This document shows, piece after piece, positions 9,738 through 19,748 of a stretch of 64,000 bases of DNA. Below the pieces are notes generated by a model. That model was not told the DNA's origin, ran no database searches, and worked only from the letters and a program-made list of their open reading frames with translations. The stretch lies in NCBI GenBank assembly GCA_017441205.1, contig JAFRYG010000142.1, positions 499-64,498 of the forward strand. Direction: 5' to 3'. Made by a program: the position numbers and the translations under genes. The stretch's first letter is position 1, and each line of letters opens with the position of its first letter. This DNA is from Pseudomonadota bacterium (lineage in GTDB: Bacteria > Myxococcota_A > Bradymonadia > UBA4248).

Positions 9738-11216
9738 TCAGCGCGGAGAAACGGATGGGGATGCGTAGTTGCGAATGATGACTTCTGAACCGGTGCGTTT
9801 GGAGGCATCACAGTTGATCATTCGCCTGACATCGAATGTTTCGATATTGTACCCGCTGTAGAGGTCATATATCTGCGGAACATCGTGATTGCTGAGCATG
9901 ATCATGGCGCCTTTTTGATCGAGTTTTCGGAACAGATCGGCGAGTCTCTGATGATCATGGGATGTGAAGCCGGATTTGTCGTAATCCGTGAAGTTGGCGG
10001 TTTGAGTCAATGGGATGTAGGGGGAGTCGAAATAGACGAAATCACCGGGCTGCACGTTCTCGCATGCAGTTTCGAAATCTTCGTGCAGGAAAGTGACATC
10101 TGCGGTCTGCAGATATTCTCCGATGCGGAGGAGGTTGTCGGTGTTCATCGGGGTTGCCCCGGTGTGGTTGTTGTAGGGAACGTTAAACATCCCCTTTGCA
10201 TTGACGCGGTATAATCCGTTGAAACAGTGCTTGTTGATCCAGATCATGAGTCCGGCAGTTTCGGCATCGAAGGATTGTTCTGCAATTTTAACATTATATT
10301 GTTCCCGGATTTGCAGGTAGTGTTCTTTATTGCATGGCGAAGCGTCGAGATTCTGTATGACGGAGATGACGGCTTTGGGATCGCTTTTGAGCTGTGTATA
10401 GATATTGATGAGCTGCGGATTGATGTCGTTGATGACGGCATTTTTTGGATTTTGAGCGAGGAACAGCGCTCCGCCGCCGATGAAAGGTTCAAAGTAGCGA
10501 TGATAATCTGCGGGCATGCGTTCGATGAGGCGGGGGAGGAGCTGTGATTTTCCGCCGGCCCATTTGACGAAGGGGCGAAGATACTGCCCGTTTGCGGGAT
10601 CTGAATGATTTTTGCCGGTAGTTCGGGAATGCCTGGAACCGGTTGATGGGTTGACCGGGAACTGGCTGAGCTTTTCGTTAAGTTTTTTGTAGATTCTCCG
10701 GACGAACCATGGTTCGGTGGAAGCGTCCAGGGCTTCCTGCAGCAAGAACCAACGTACGCCGCTGTTTTCTGTTTCGCGGATTATCAGGGGATCATTTTCG
10801 TCGGCTTCGAGGAGATAGGTAACATTGAGGTGAAGGTGCGTTGAAACGTATTTGCCATTCTTTTCGTGGCCATCGACGCTGAGGACTTCGAGGGAACAGA
10901 TATTTTCGGATATTGGCCGGACGTTTTGAATGCCGGTTTCTTCCCGGCATTCGCGGATGGCAACTTCGAGGAGATTCTGATTTCCGTCGGCGTGTCCGCC
11001 GGTCCACGACCAGGAGTGATATATATTATGATAAACCATCAGGACTTTGTCGTGCCTGTGATTGACGATCCAGGATGATGCGGTGACGTGTGCGATTGGA
11101 TTGGATCGCAGGAAAGCGTCGGGATGGTGTGCGATAAAATCGAGGATGATTTGTTTGTCGCAGGTTTCCTGTTCATTGAATGGCGTATAGTTTTTTATGT
11201 CCTGTTGAATCGTCAT
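9738..11216 (-). CDS. Fusion of an N-terminal NUDIX hydrolase and a C-terminal Dam/DpnM-family DNA adenine methyltransferase
   Basis: Nudix box GGHADGNQNLLEVAIRECREETGI; MTase motifs PFVKWAGGKSQL, YFEPFIGGGAL, GLYRVN and FVYFDSPY (motif IV variant); one uninterrupted ORF. Confidence 0.88.
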   Translation of the reverse strand: MTIQQDIKNYTPFNEQETCDKQIILDFIAHHPDAFLRSNPIAHVTASSWIVNHRHDKVLMVYHNIYHSWSWTGGHADGNQNLLEVAIRECREETGIQNVRPISENICSLEVLSVDGHEKNGKYVSTHLHLNVTYLLEADENDPLIIRETENSGVRWFLLQEALDASTEPWFVRRIYKKLNEKLSQFPVNPSTGSRHSRTTGKNHSDPANGQYLRPFVKWAGGKSQLLPRLIERMPADYHRYFEPFIGGGALFLAQNPKNAVINDINPQLINIYTQLKSDPKAVISVIQNLDASPCNKEHYLQIREQYNVKIAEQSFDAETAGLMIWINKHCFNGLYRVNAKGMFNVPYNNHTGATPMNTDNLLRIGEYLQTADVTFLHEDFETACENVQPGDFVYFDSPYIPLTQTANFTDYDKSGFTSHDHQRLADLFRKLDQKGAMIMLSNHDVPQIYDLYSGYNIETFDVRRMINCDASKRTGSEVIIRNYASPSVSPR

Positions 11217-11288
11217 TGGAATTCCGGTTCTATATATTAATGTAATTATTCAGCTTAAAAGCTTTACCTCTGAATGCAGCAAGTATTA

Positions 11289-11502
11289 TTCGCGCCTTGC
11301 AGCGCGGTTGCTTGTTTTTTTACGCTTACGCGGCAGGGGGTGTTCGATTGTGAACACCCCCTACAACCCCCGCACGCTTCATTTGCTATCGCAATTGCGG
11401 GTCGAATGTCCATCCCTGGACATGCCTCCCTCGCCTCTCGTCGCCGTCCATGGCGGCGCAGATATGGAGATGAACACTCACATCCGTATTCGGAATCATT
11501 GC
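11289..11502. repeat. ~215-bp structured intergenic direct repeat, copy B
   Basis: Matches 8711-8927 in the same orientation. Confidence 0.9.
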
Positions 11503-11570
11503 GCTCATATCGAGACTCAATAACCTCACTATGATGTTTGGGATGGGGGGCTATGAAATAACAGGAGGCA

Positions 11571-11680
11571 GTGCGCGGCGTATGGCGGCAGCCATAGGCG
11601 CGCACCCGAGGGCGTATGGTGCGTTTGCACCATAGCCCGAAGGCCGGAGCGTATTGAGGGCCTGCGGCCCGAAAAAAGCG
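11571..11680. repeat. Cluster of three bulged-G REP-like hairpins
   Basis: GC-G-TATGGC-GGCA-GCCATA-GG, GGGC-G-TATGGTGC-GTTT-GCACCATA-GCCC and a GC-G-TATTGAG variant. Confidence 0.8.
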
Positions 11681-11705
11681 AGGCGGCAAAAGACCGTTTA
11701 CATCA

Positions 11706-13112
11706 TCAGGCATTGAGCAGAAAAGCGATGTATCCTTTTTTGGCTTCGTAGAGATCGGCTTTGCTGATGATTTCCCAGGGGGCATGCATATTGAGAACGG
11801 CGATACCGCTGTCGATGACATTCATATTATAGTTGGCGAGCATATATGCGATGGTTCCGCCGCCGCCGGCGTCGACTTTGCCGAGCTCAGCCGTCTGAAA
11901 ACATATATTATTATCATCCATTACTCTTCGGATGATTGCGATAAACTCTGCGCTGCAGTCGCTTGAACCGGATTTTCCGCGGGAACCCGTATATTTGTTG
12001 AACACGAGACCGTGTCCGAAGTAGGCGGCATTTTTGCGTTCGGTGACGCTGGGGTAATTGGGATCGAACGCGGCGCTGACATCGCTGGAGAGGGCGCAGG
12101 AGTTCTGGAGGGCGTGGCGCAGTTTTAGCTCGGAGTAATTGCCGCATGCATTCATGATATCGGCGACGATATTTTCGAAGAAGCGGGATTTCATGCCGGT
12201 TGCGCCGATGCTTCCGACCTCTTCCTTGTCGGTGAGCAGGCAGACGCTTGTCATTTGTGGGTTATGAATTTCGAGCATTGCGGCGAACGAAGGGTATGCG
12301 CATGACCTGTCGTCGTGTCCGTAACCCATGATCATGCTTCGATCGAGTCCGTAATCGCGTGCGGGGCCGGCGGGAACGACTTCGATTTCGGCAGAGAGGA
12401 AGTCTTCTTCTTCGATGTGGTATTGTTCCTTCAGAATGGCGAGTATATTTTGTTTGACGGCATCCTTGATTTCTTTGGATTTATCGGATTCATCCTCACG
12501 ACTTACCAACGGCATGTTTCCGATGAGCACATTGAGATCCTCGCCCTCGATGACTTTGGAGGCCTTTTTTTCGAGCTGTTCAGCGGAGAGATGTATGAGG
12601 AGGTCGCTGATACCGAAGACGGGATCGTTGGGATTTTCGCCGATATTGATGGAGACATTTGTGCCGTCTTTTTGGGATACGATGCCATGAAGTGCGAGCG
12701 GCAGCGTGACCCATTGGTATTTTTTGATTCCGCCGTAGTAATGGGTGTCGAGCAGAGCCATTTCGGTATCTTCATAGAGCGGATTCTGTTTTAGATCGAT
12801 GCGAGGGGAATCGATGTGTGCGCCGAGGATGTTCATGCCATTTTCGATGGGCTCGGATCCGATGATGAATAGGGCGAGGTTTTTGCCCATATTGTCGGCG
12901 AAGACGCGATCACCCGGTTTGAGTTTTATGCCTCTGGCGATGATTTCATGGATGTTCTGGAATCCGGCGGAGATGGCGATTTTTTTTAATTCGGCGACAC
13001 ATTCGCGTTCGGTTTTGCATTTGGAGAGAAAGGCTTTGTATTCTTCGGCGAAAGTGAATACGGCTTTTTTTTCATCGTCACTGTACTTTTTCCATGCGTT
13101 TGGTCGTTCCAT
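11706..13112 (-). CDS. M18 family aminopeptidase
   Basis: GAHIDSPR, HYYGGIKKYQW, GYGHDDR, DKEEVGS, SSDV and MHAPWE motifs. Confidence 0.93.
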   Translation of the reverse strand: MERPNAWKKYSDDEKKAVFTFAEEYKAFLSKCKTERECVAELKKIAISAGFQNIHEIIARGIKLKPGDRVFADNMGKNLALFIIGSEPIENGMNILGAHIDSPRIDLKQNPLYEDTEMALLDTHYYGGIKKYQWVTLPLALHGIVSQKDGTNVSINIGENPNDPVFGISDLLIHLSAEQLEKKASKVIEGEDLNVLIGNMPLVSREDESDKSKEIKDAVKQNILAILKEQYHIEEEDFLSAEIEVVPAGPARDYGLDRSMIMGYGHDDRSCAYPSFAAMLEIHNPQMTSVCLLTDKEEVGSIGATGMKSRFFENIVADIMNACGNYSELKLRHALQNSCALSSDVSAAFDPNYPSVTERKNAAYFGHGLVFNKYTGSRGKSGSSDCSAEFIAIIRRVMDDNNICFQTAELGKVDAGGGGTIAYMLANYNMNVIDSGIAVLNMHAPWEIISKADLYEAKKGYIAFLLNA

Positions 13113-13187
13113 AGTTCCTTCCTCGATGCTGAAATCATGAAATGCGGCACGCAGCCGCGATGTGAGTGGGGGATTTTATATCATAAA

Positions 13188-13322
13188 AATGCGTAATTCG
13201 TAATTCGTAATGCGTAATTCGTAATGCATAATGGGTAGAGACGTTCGGACCGCACGTCTGTACAGGTGATTAATGGGTTAATGCATAATAAAGAGCAATC
13301 ACGCCCCATCGGGGCGTCACAT
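13188..13322. repeat. Heptamer tandem (AAT[G/T]CGT x6) followed by a GTAG-type REP composite
   Basis: GTAGAGACG...CGTCTGTAC, AT-rich linker and ACGCCCC-ATC-GGGGCGT; the REP part is homologous to 29778-29865. Confidence 0.75.
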
Positions 13323-13480
13323 CAGTCGAATGGCGTAAAGAGGAGCGTGAATTTGGTAGCATTTGTATGTGGAATGTATCATGAGGCAAATAAGGTGTTA
13401 TGTATTTAAAATAGTTGCTTTTTTATAGTGTCAGCGTAGACTGGAGATGGGTTATTGTCTTATTCCTTATGGATGGATGT

Positions 13481-14332
13481 ATGAGAATATTAAGAATTCA
13501 CCTGGCTGCCGTCATTTTGGGGATTGCCTTATCGCTGTTTTCGGCGACTGCTTTTGCACAGGATGATCCGTGTTATTCACTGGATGCGAATGAAGACTGG
13601 TGGCGGCTATTTTCTGAGTTCAGTTCTGCATTTACGGCGAAGGATTACAAGCTGGCTCTTGCCAAGACACAGGAGCTTCAGAATATCTGTGCGCGGTCAG
13701 CGGTTCTGAATTTGTCGATAGCGACGACGTATCGTGAGCTGGGGGAAGATACCAATGCATTGAAGTATTATCGGATTGCAGCAGAGAATTCGAAAGAGTT
13801 CAACGTACCGGATGAGATGCTTCAAAAGATCTGGTATGGCCGCTATGAGCTTGAGAAGAAGGATATTCTGTGCAATCGTTCCGAGTTGGATACAGTCAAG
13901 GGGGAGAACGAAGCCAACAAGCAGCGCATTCAGGAATTGAACGCAGAGCTGGATGCGAGCAAGCAGGCGACAGAATACAGTCAGCAACAGCGTGAGCAGG
14001 AGCGCGCTCGTTTCAAGACGATCCTGTGGACGGGAGTTGGTGTCGGTGCAGCTGGTCTCGTTTTGGGAATTACCGGAGGTGCGCTGCTGGGGAGTATAGA
14101 TCCTGTTAATAAGGTCAAATGTGATGATTCACTCTGCAAGAAAACAAAATATGTCGAATTGCACGGAGCGTATCGGCCTGCCTGGACGCTGGTTGGACTC
14201 GGCATTGGCATGACTGCAGCCGGAGCGCTGATGGCAGGGATTGGCGGGTATTTTTATTCGCATGAGCCGGACTCGGTTGCGCTGTCATGGGAGATTGGAC
14301 CGGGCAGTCTGGAAATGGGACTGACATTTTAA
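13481..14332 (+). CDS. Exported TPR-like protein with C-terminal hydrophobic hairpin; paralog of 50107-50979
   Basis: Signal peptide; shares NEDW, IC..S..LN, EF.V..EM...IWY.RYE and WTG.G.G motifs with 50107-50979. Confidence 0.7.
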   Translation: MRILRIHLAAVILGIALSLFSATAFAQDDPCYSLDANEDWWRLFSEFSSAFTAKDYKLALAKTQELQNICARSAVLNLSIATTYRELGEDTNALKYYRIAAENSKEFNVPDEMLQKIWYGRYELEKKDILCNRSELDTVKGENEANKQRIQELNAELDASKQATEYSQQQREQERARFKTILWTGVGVGAAGLVLGITGGALLGSIDPVNKVKCDDSLCKKTKYVELHGAYRPAWTLVGLGIGMTAAGALMAGIGGYFYSHEPDSVALSWEIGPGSLEMGLTF

Positions 14333-14352
14333 ATCAGCGTGGTAAAAAAGGG

Positions 14353-14377
14353 AGCGTCGGAAAACGGCGCTTTTTTT
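14353..14377 (+). terminator. Intrinsic terminator
   Basis: AGCGTCG-GAAAA-CGGCGCT followed by a T tract, just after the stop. Confidence 0.7.
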
Positions 14378-14398
14378 GTATTTGTCTGAGGAGTTGTA

Positions 14399-15139
14399 TT
14401 GATGCACGATGATTTGCAGCTGCCAGTTTCTGATCATTCCGAAGGAAGGGCGGATGTTCCGAAGACTGAGAATGCACGTTATGAGGTAAATGTTCAGCAT
14501 TATGCGCAGTACGACAAGACGGAGACTTCGGGGTATTCGGCAGAAACGCGAAAGAGTCTGACGTATGCAGCGCGTACTCCGTTTGCGAGATTTATTCTGG
14601 ATCTCGGTTTGATATTGTCGCGTCCGTCATTGTTCTGGCGTGGTCAGGCGGAGCATCCTGCGACGCTCGTTCAGGTTCATTGTCCGCATTTGCTGGTGCT
14701 CATCGTATTGCGTACAGCGGCAATCATATTGAGCGGTCTGTTCAAGAGCGATCAGGAGATTTCTCAGGTACTGGTTCAGGCGGGAACGCAGGCGCTTTTG
14801 ATTATTCTGCTCGTGTGGGGGCTTGCGTTGCTGATAGTTCCGCTGACGGGACGTGGATTTCGTTATGACAAGGCGGTTCGCTTTGTGGGGTATGGGATAA
14901 CGCCGATATTGTTTGTAGGAATTGTGAGCATCATTCCGGTGCCGTATCTTGGAACGATTTGCGATTTGCTTGCGATGCCGTGGGCCTTTGTTGTGCTTGG
15001 GGCAGGAATGCTTCCCTATCTGAAGCTAAAGCCGGAGCATGCGCCGGTACTGACGGGGCTGATCTGCGGTTTATTATTTTGTCTGTGGGGTGTACTGCCG
15101 ATACTGATTCCGTATCTGATCGATTTCATTTTCTGGTGA
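14399..15139 (+). CDS. Yip1-domain-like multi-pass membrane protein
   Basis: LILSRPSLFW N-terminal motif and about 5 hydrophobic segments. Confidence 0.6.
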   Translation: MMHDDLQLPVSDHSEGRADVPKTENARYEVNVQHYAQYDKTETSGYSAETRKSLTYAARTPFARFILDLGLILSRPSLFWRGQAEHPATLVQVHCPHLLVLIVLRTAAIILSGLFKSDQEISQVLVQAGTQALLIILLVWGLALLIVPLTGRGFRYDKAVRFVGYGITPILFVGIVSIIPVPYLGTICDLLAMPWAFVVLGAGMLPYLKLKPEHAPVLTGLICGLLFCLWGVLPILIPYLIDFIFW

Positions 15140-15267
15140 TTTGGTCATTATTTTGGGGATCTGAGAAAAAGTTTGTTTTATAACATTATAAAATACCAAT
15201 TCATGGTATCCTGTTATAAATACGGATTGCTGCAGGATGCAGCCTCTAGCGACATGGATGTTGATAT

Positions 15268-17682
15268 ATGAAGCCCATAAAATGGATCCCGGTGCTGGGA
15301 ATTTTGTTATTATTTGGCTGCGCAGCGCCAGTAGTTACGGACAATCCCGTTCAGCGCGAGATTGTTCGTGTTTCAGTGAATGATGGGAGCCCGGAGCAGG
15401 CACCGGTTGAGGTCGTCACATATCATGATACGGAGCGGCCGGATGGTGTTTTGGGGGATTCCGGTCAGTGCAGGCGTCTGATTACGACGGAAGCATTGTT
15501 TTCGAATGCGGATGCGATGCAGGCGTGGGAATTGTACCGCAGCGGCCGGTATCCGGAAGCATCGTCTCAGTTTGAAAAGCTCGCGGGGGATGCTTCGCAG
15601 GCTGCGTTTGAACGCCAGAAGCTCTATTTTATGGCGGCTTTATCCGAACAAAAACAAGGGGAAGAACATGCTCCGGCAGCGACACGTCTGATGAAGCAGG
15701 CATTTGGTCTGAGTGCACCGCTGCAGCGTTCATCAGCGATATTTGGAACGAAGCTCGGGTATCAGGCGAAGTCCTGGTCGGATGTCGTGGAGTTTACGGA
15801 GTCGCTGCTTACTGAAGCGGATTATCGGACATATCGCGGGATTGCGCTGACGAATCTTGGCAAATACGAAGCGGCGGCGCTCGAATTTGATCAAATCGAG
15901 AATTATCCCAAGGCGATTCGCCTGGAGGCGCTCGAAGCGCGGGCGCGGGCACAGTCCGAGACATCGCAGCTCAAGGCTGCGTTGGAAACGTATCGCAGGA
16001 TATACGAGATAGATCCTAACTCTGCGCAAGGGCAAATGGCTTCGGAAGCGATCATGGCGCAAAAGGACAAATGGCCGTCGGGATTCACGTTTCCGCGCGC
16101 GACGCAGAAGACCGATACCTCGAAATCGGCGCGGGATATTGCGCTCGGACACTTCAATGCGCATCGTTCGGAGCAGGCGATTTCGGCGTACTCGAAGCTT
16201 TTGAAGGATGACCGCAAGCGCAGCGATATTCCGAGAATCTGCGAAGATTTGTACAATATCGCGCGGAGTCACGTTAAGCTGCGTGCACATTCCAAGTCGC
16301 TCCCATTTTTCCGGGAGGGGCTTGAGACGTGTGAGAAGACGGATTTGCATGTAAAGATATTGTATTCTGCTGCCAAAGCGGCCTGGAATGCGGGTGAGAA
16401 CACGCAGGCGATTGCATGGTATCAGGAGATCGTGGACAAGTATCCGGATCATTCGTATGCGGATGATGCGTATCATTATCAGGCGCAGATACTATCGGGT
16501 CAGAACAAGCAGGACGAAGCGCGAGAGAAGCTTCGCGAACAGATATCGAAGTATCCGGATGGCGATATGGCTATGGATGCGTACTGGATGCTTTTGTCGG
16601 ATCTTTATGAGCGCGGGCTTTATCAGGAAGCGGTTGAGTTTGTGGATTCGAACCTGGAGCATGCGGGGGAATCGGATCTTTATTCGCAGGGGCGTCTGAA
16701 GTATTTTCAGGGCAGGGCCTATGAGAAGCTTTCGAACCGTCAGGCGGCGATTCAGAACTATCTGAAGACGCTCGATGAGTATCCGCTGTCGTATTATGCG
16801 ATGCTTTCGCTGGGGCGCCTTGAAGTGCTGGATGAAGTGCAGGCGAAGACCTGGCTTGAGACTTACCGGACGGGAACGTTTGAGCCGGATCAGGCGATGG
16901 ATTATTGTTTTCAGGTCGTAGAGAATGAGAATTCATTTTTGGCGGCGCGGACGCTTGCACAGATTGGTTTGTATCGCGATGCACTGGATGAACTGGAACC
17001 GTTATTGGCGAGCAGTGATCAGCGCGTGACGTACGAAGCGCGCCTTGCGAAGGCGATATTGCTGCAGAAGAATGGCCAGTATTCGGACAGTGCGCGCCTT
17101 GCGGCGGGGCTTTTGAATCCGCAGCAGGATCTCATTTATCACAGTTATGCGCCGTGGCTTCTGGCGTATCCGAAGCCGTGGTCAAAGATCGTGAGCAGTG
17201 CTGCTGATCCGGAGAGTACGCTTTATTATACGACATATGCGATCATGCGCGAGGAGAGCTATTACAATCCGAAGGCAGAGTCGTGGGCGAATGCGCGCGG
17301 CCTGATGCAGCTGATGCTTCCGACGGCGCAGTCGAGTGCGGCTGAAATCGGGCTTTCGAAACCGAGTGCCTCTGATCTGTTCAAGCCGGAGATCGCGATA
17401 CCGATTGGATCGTCCTATATTGCGAAGCTCAACAAAATACTGGCGCCGCATCCGATGCTCGTATTGCCGGGATACAATGCTGGCCAGGGGAATGTGGGCA
17501 AATGGATGACGCGGTTCGCGGAAACGGATGTCGATTTGTATGTTGAAAAGATTCCGTTCAAGGAAGCTCGCCATTATGCGAAGCGCGTTGGTACGACACT
17601 GTGGCGGTATCGCTGGCTTTATGATAAGGCGTTGCCGAAGAATTTTGATCCCGGTCAGAAAATCGGGGAATTGAAGCCATAA
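15268..17682 (+). CDS. slt: Soluble lytic transglycosylase (Slt-like) lipoprotein with TPR repeats
   Basis: Lipobox LLFGC; TPR repeats; IMREES, ARGLMQLM, GYNAG and EARHYAKRV motifs. Confidence 0.88.
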   Translation: MKPIKWIPVLGILLLFGCAAPVVTDNPVQREIVRVSVNDGSPEQAPVEVVTYHDTERPDGVLGDSGQCRRLITTEALFSNADAMQAWELYRSGRYPEASSQFEKLAGDASQAAFERQKLYFMAALSEQKQGEEHAPAATRLMKQAFGLSAPLQRSSAIFGTKLGYQAKSWSDVVEFTESLLTEADYRTYRGIALTNLGKYEAAALEFDQIENYPKAIRLEALEARARAQSETSQLKAALETYRRIYEIDPNSAQGQMASEAIMAQKDKWPSGFTFPRATQKTDTSKSARDIALGHFNAHRSEQAISAYSKLLKDDRKRSDIPRICEDLYNIARSHVKLRAHSKSLPFFREGLETCEKTDLHVKILYSAAKAAWNAGENTQAIAWYQEIVDKYPDHSYADDAYHYQAQILSGQNKQDEAREKLREQISKYPDGDMAMDAYWMLLSDLYERGLYQEAVEFVDSNLEHAGESDLYSQGRLKYFQGRAYEKLSNRQAAIQNYLKTLDEYPLSYYAMLSLGRLEVLDEVQAKTWLETYRTGTFEPDQAMDYCFQVVENENSFLAARTLAQIGLYRDALDELEPLLASSDQRVTYEARLAKAILLQKNGQYSDSARLAAGLLNPQQDLIYHSYAPWLLAYPKPWSKIVSSAADPESTLYYTTYAIMREESYYNPKAESWANARGLMQLMLPTAQSSAAEIGLSKPSASDLFKPEIAIPIGSSYIAKLNKILAPHPMLVLPGYNAGQGNVGKWMTRFAETDVDLYVEKIPFKEARHYAKRVGTTLWRYRWLYDKALPKNFDPGQKIGELKP

Positions 17683-17784
17683 TTAAAAAAAAGAAGCCGC
17701 CGCGTATGAAATAGCGGCGGCAGCGAGCTGTAGGTCCGCGCTTAGAGCGCGGGACAAAGCGAGCGACACTAAAAAGAAGAAAAG

Positions 17785-18972
17785 ATGTCATACAAGGAAT
17801 TAAAGATTTCGCAGAAGCTCGTAAAAACGCCGTACGAAAAGCTGATCGCGGCGTGTCTGGTGTCGCGGGATGCGGCGGATCTGGAGGCGATCGATTCTCT
17901 GTACAAGCAGTGTCAGGAGCGTCGCCTTTATTTGTTTGCTGAGGAACACGAGTGTGCGTCGATTGTGGCGGCACGTCTTCAGGCGCTGAGCAAGTCGAGT
18001 CCGCAGTGGGATTATGCCCTGGATGACTGGAAATACCGTTTGAACCAGCGTTTTGAGGCGCTGGATGCGCTTGCGGATGCGCTGAAGCAGAAGGGGATTC
18101 CCCTGATTGCCTTGAAAAATGCGGGGATTGCGCGCGGGATATATCCCTATCCGGAAGAGTGTCCGATGGGGGATTTTGATGTTCTGGTGAAGAAATCGGA
18201 TTTTGAGGCGGCGCATGAAGTTGTGATGTCGCAGGGATTTTCGCTTGGATTCAGGGCCGAGAACACGATTGAAAAAGAGGGTGTCAAGGAAGGGCTGCTG
18301 AGCGGCGGGACGGAATACAAGAAAGAGCTTGCGGATGACACGCTGTGGCTCGAACTGCAGTGGCGTCCGATAGCGGGACGCTGGATTGCGCCGGAAGTCG
18401 AGCCGAAGGCGGATGATTTGTTTGAAACAGCGATGCCGATCAAGGGCAGCAATATATTGCTTCAGGACCCGGTTTCGAATCTGCTTCAGGTGTCGCTTCA
18501 TACGGCGAAGCATTCGTATGTGCGTGCGCCGGGTCTGCGTCTGCATACGGATGTCGATCGCATCGTGCGGGCGTATCCGAAGCTGGACTGGGATGCGTTT
18601 GTGTGTCGCGTCAAACGGATGAACGTTGGGGTGTCGGTGTTCTTTTCGCTGGCCATTCCGGCGGATCTGTTCGGGACGCCGATTCCCGAAGAGGTTATCG
18701 ATGCGCTTGAACCGCCCAGACTGCAGCGCGATTTTATCTTTAAATGCATTGAGAAGGCGGGATTGTTCCATCCGCTGGCGCATAAATTTTCGAGGGTTCG
18801 GTATCTGGCATTTTGTGCGATGCTGTTCGATACGCCGAAGGCATGTTTTCATTCGGCGTTTCCGTCGGCAAACTACATGAAAGCGCATTACGGGCTGGCG
18901 TCGAATGCGCAGCTTCCAGCTTGTTATGCGAAGCGGTTTGTGGGGCTGCTGTTCAAGCGTGTAAAGACGTGA
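17785..18972 (+). CDS. Uncharacterised nucleotidyltransferase (NTP_transf_5-like)
   Basis: PLIALKN...YP...PMGDFDVLV pattern, ELQW and LHTAKH. Confidence 0.75.
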   Translation: MSYKELKISQKLVKTPYEKLIAACLVSRDAADLEAIDSLYKQCQERRLYLFAEEHECASIVAARLQALSKSSPQWDYALDDWKYRLNQRFEALDALADALKQKGIPLIALKNAGIARGIYPYPEECPMGDFDVLVKKSDFEAAHEVVMSQGFSLGFRAENTIEKEGVKEGLLSGGTEYKKELADDTLWLELQWRPIAGRWIAPEVEPKADDLFETAMPIKGSNILLQDPVSNLLQVSLHTAKHSYVRAPGLRLHTDVDRIVRAYPKLDWDAFVCRVKRMNVGVSVFFSLAIPADLFGTPIPEEVIDALEPPRLQRDFIFKCIEKAGLFHPLAHKFSRVRYLAFCAMLFDTPKACFHSAFPSANYMKAHYGLASNAQLPACYAKRFVGLLFKRVKT

Positions 18973-18988
18973 TTTTGAGGATGATTCG

Positions 18989-19681
18989 GTGAAGACGAAA
19001 GAACGGATTCTTGTCGCAGAGGATGATGCGGCCATTGCCCGTGGGTTGATCTATAACCTTGGGTATGAGGGGTATGAGGTTCGGCATGCGTCACACGGGC
19101 AGGCAGTTCTGCCCATGGTGAATGAGTTTGAACCCGATCTTCTGGTATTGGATGTGATGCTTCCGGGAAAGAGCGGGTTTGAGATTCTGCAGGAACTTCG
19201 GGAGGCCGGGAACGATGTCCACGTGATTATTCTTTCGGCCCGGACTTCAGAGAGCGACAAGGTAGAGGGGCTGTGTCTGGGGGCAGATGATTACGTGAGC
19301 AAACCGTTTAGCCTGAGGGAGTTTCTTGCGCGCGTGGAATCGGCCATGCGCCGCATTCGCCAGCGCAGGAATGCGGAAGATGAACCGCTGGTATTTGGGG
19401 ATTTGACGGTTGTTCCGGCGGAAAAGACAGTGCTTCGCGATGGGCATCCGATTAAGCTGACGCCGAAGGCAATGGAGCTGTTTATTTTTTTTGCTCAGCA
19501 CCCGAATCATACCTTTTCGCGGGATGGGCTTATCGAACGCATCTGGCAGGATGGGTATGAAGGTACTCCGCGCACGATAGACAATTTTGTTTTGCAAATT
19601 CGCGGGCAAATTGAGGAGAATCCGGCAAAACCAGTACGTCTCGAGACGGTTCATGGACTTGGGTACCGTTTTGTTGGCTAG
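18989..19681 (+). CDS. OmpR-family response regulator (no adjacent kinase)
   Basis: ILVAEDD, LDVMLP, GADDYVSKPF and winged-helix LTPK...TVHGLGYRF. Confidence 0.95.
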   Translation: MKTKERILVAEDDAAIARGLIYNLGYEGYEVRHASHGQAVLPMVNEFEPDLLVLDVMLPGKSGFEILQELREAGNDVHVIILSARTSESDKVEGLCLGADDYVSKPFSLREFLARVESAMRRIRQRRNAEDEPLVFGDLTVVPAEKTVLRDGHPIKLTPKAMELFIFFAQHPNHTFSRDGLIERIWQDGYEGTPRTIDNFVLQIRGQIEENPAKPVRLETVHGLGYRFVG

Positions 19682-19748
19682 CGGATCTTTCATTAGACTG
19701 TTAAAATTGATATGTAATGATGGTTATTGGTCTGTTGTTTTATGAGGC

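Noticed and set aside
9738-11216. Type II restriction-modification system
   Set aside because: No restriction endonuclease ORF is adjacent, and GATC sites are plentiful in the window
17800-19035. 411-aa minus-strand ORF; also other long shadow ORFs such as 1836-2843, 4852-5949, 25224-26411, 28993-29862 and 58789-60072
   Set aside because: They are antisense to well-supported genes, have no motifs, and show the composition typical of shadow frames
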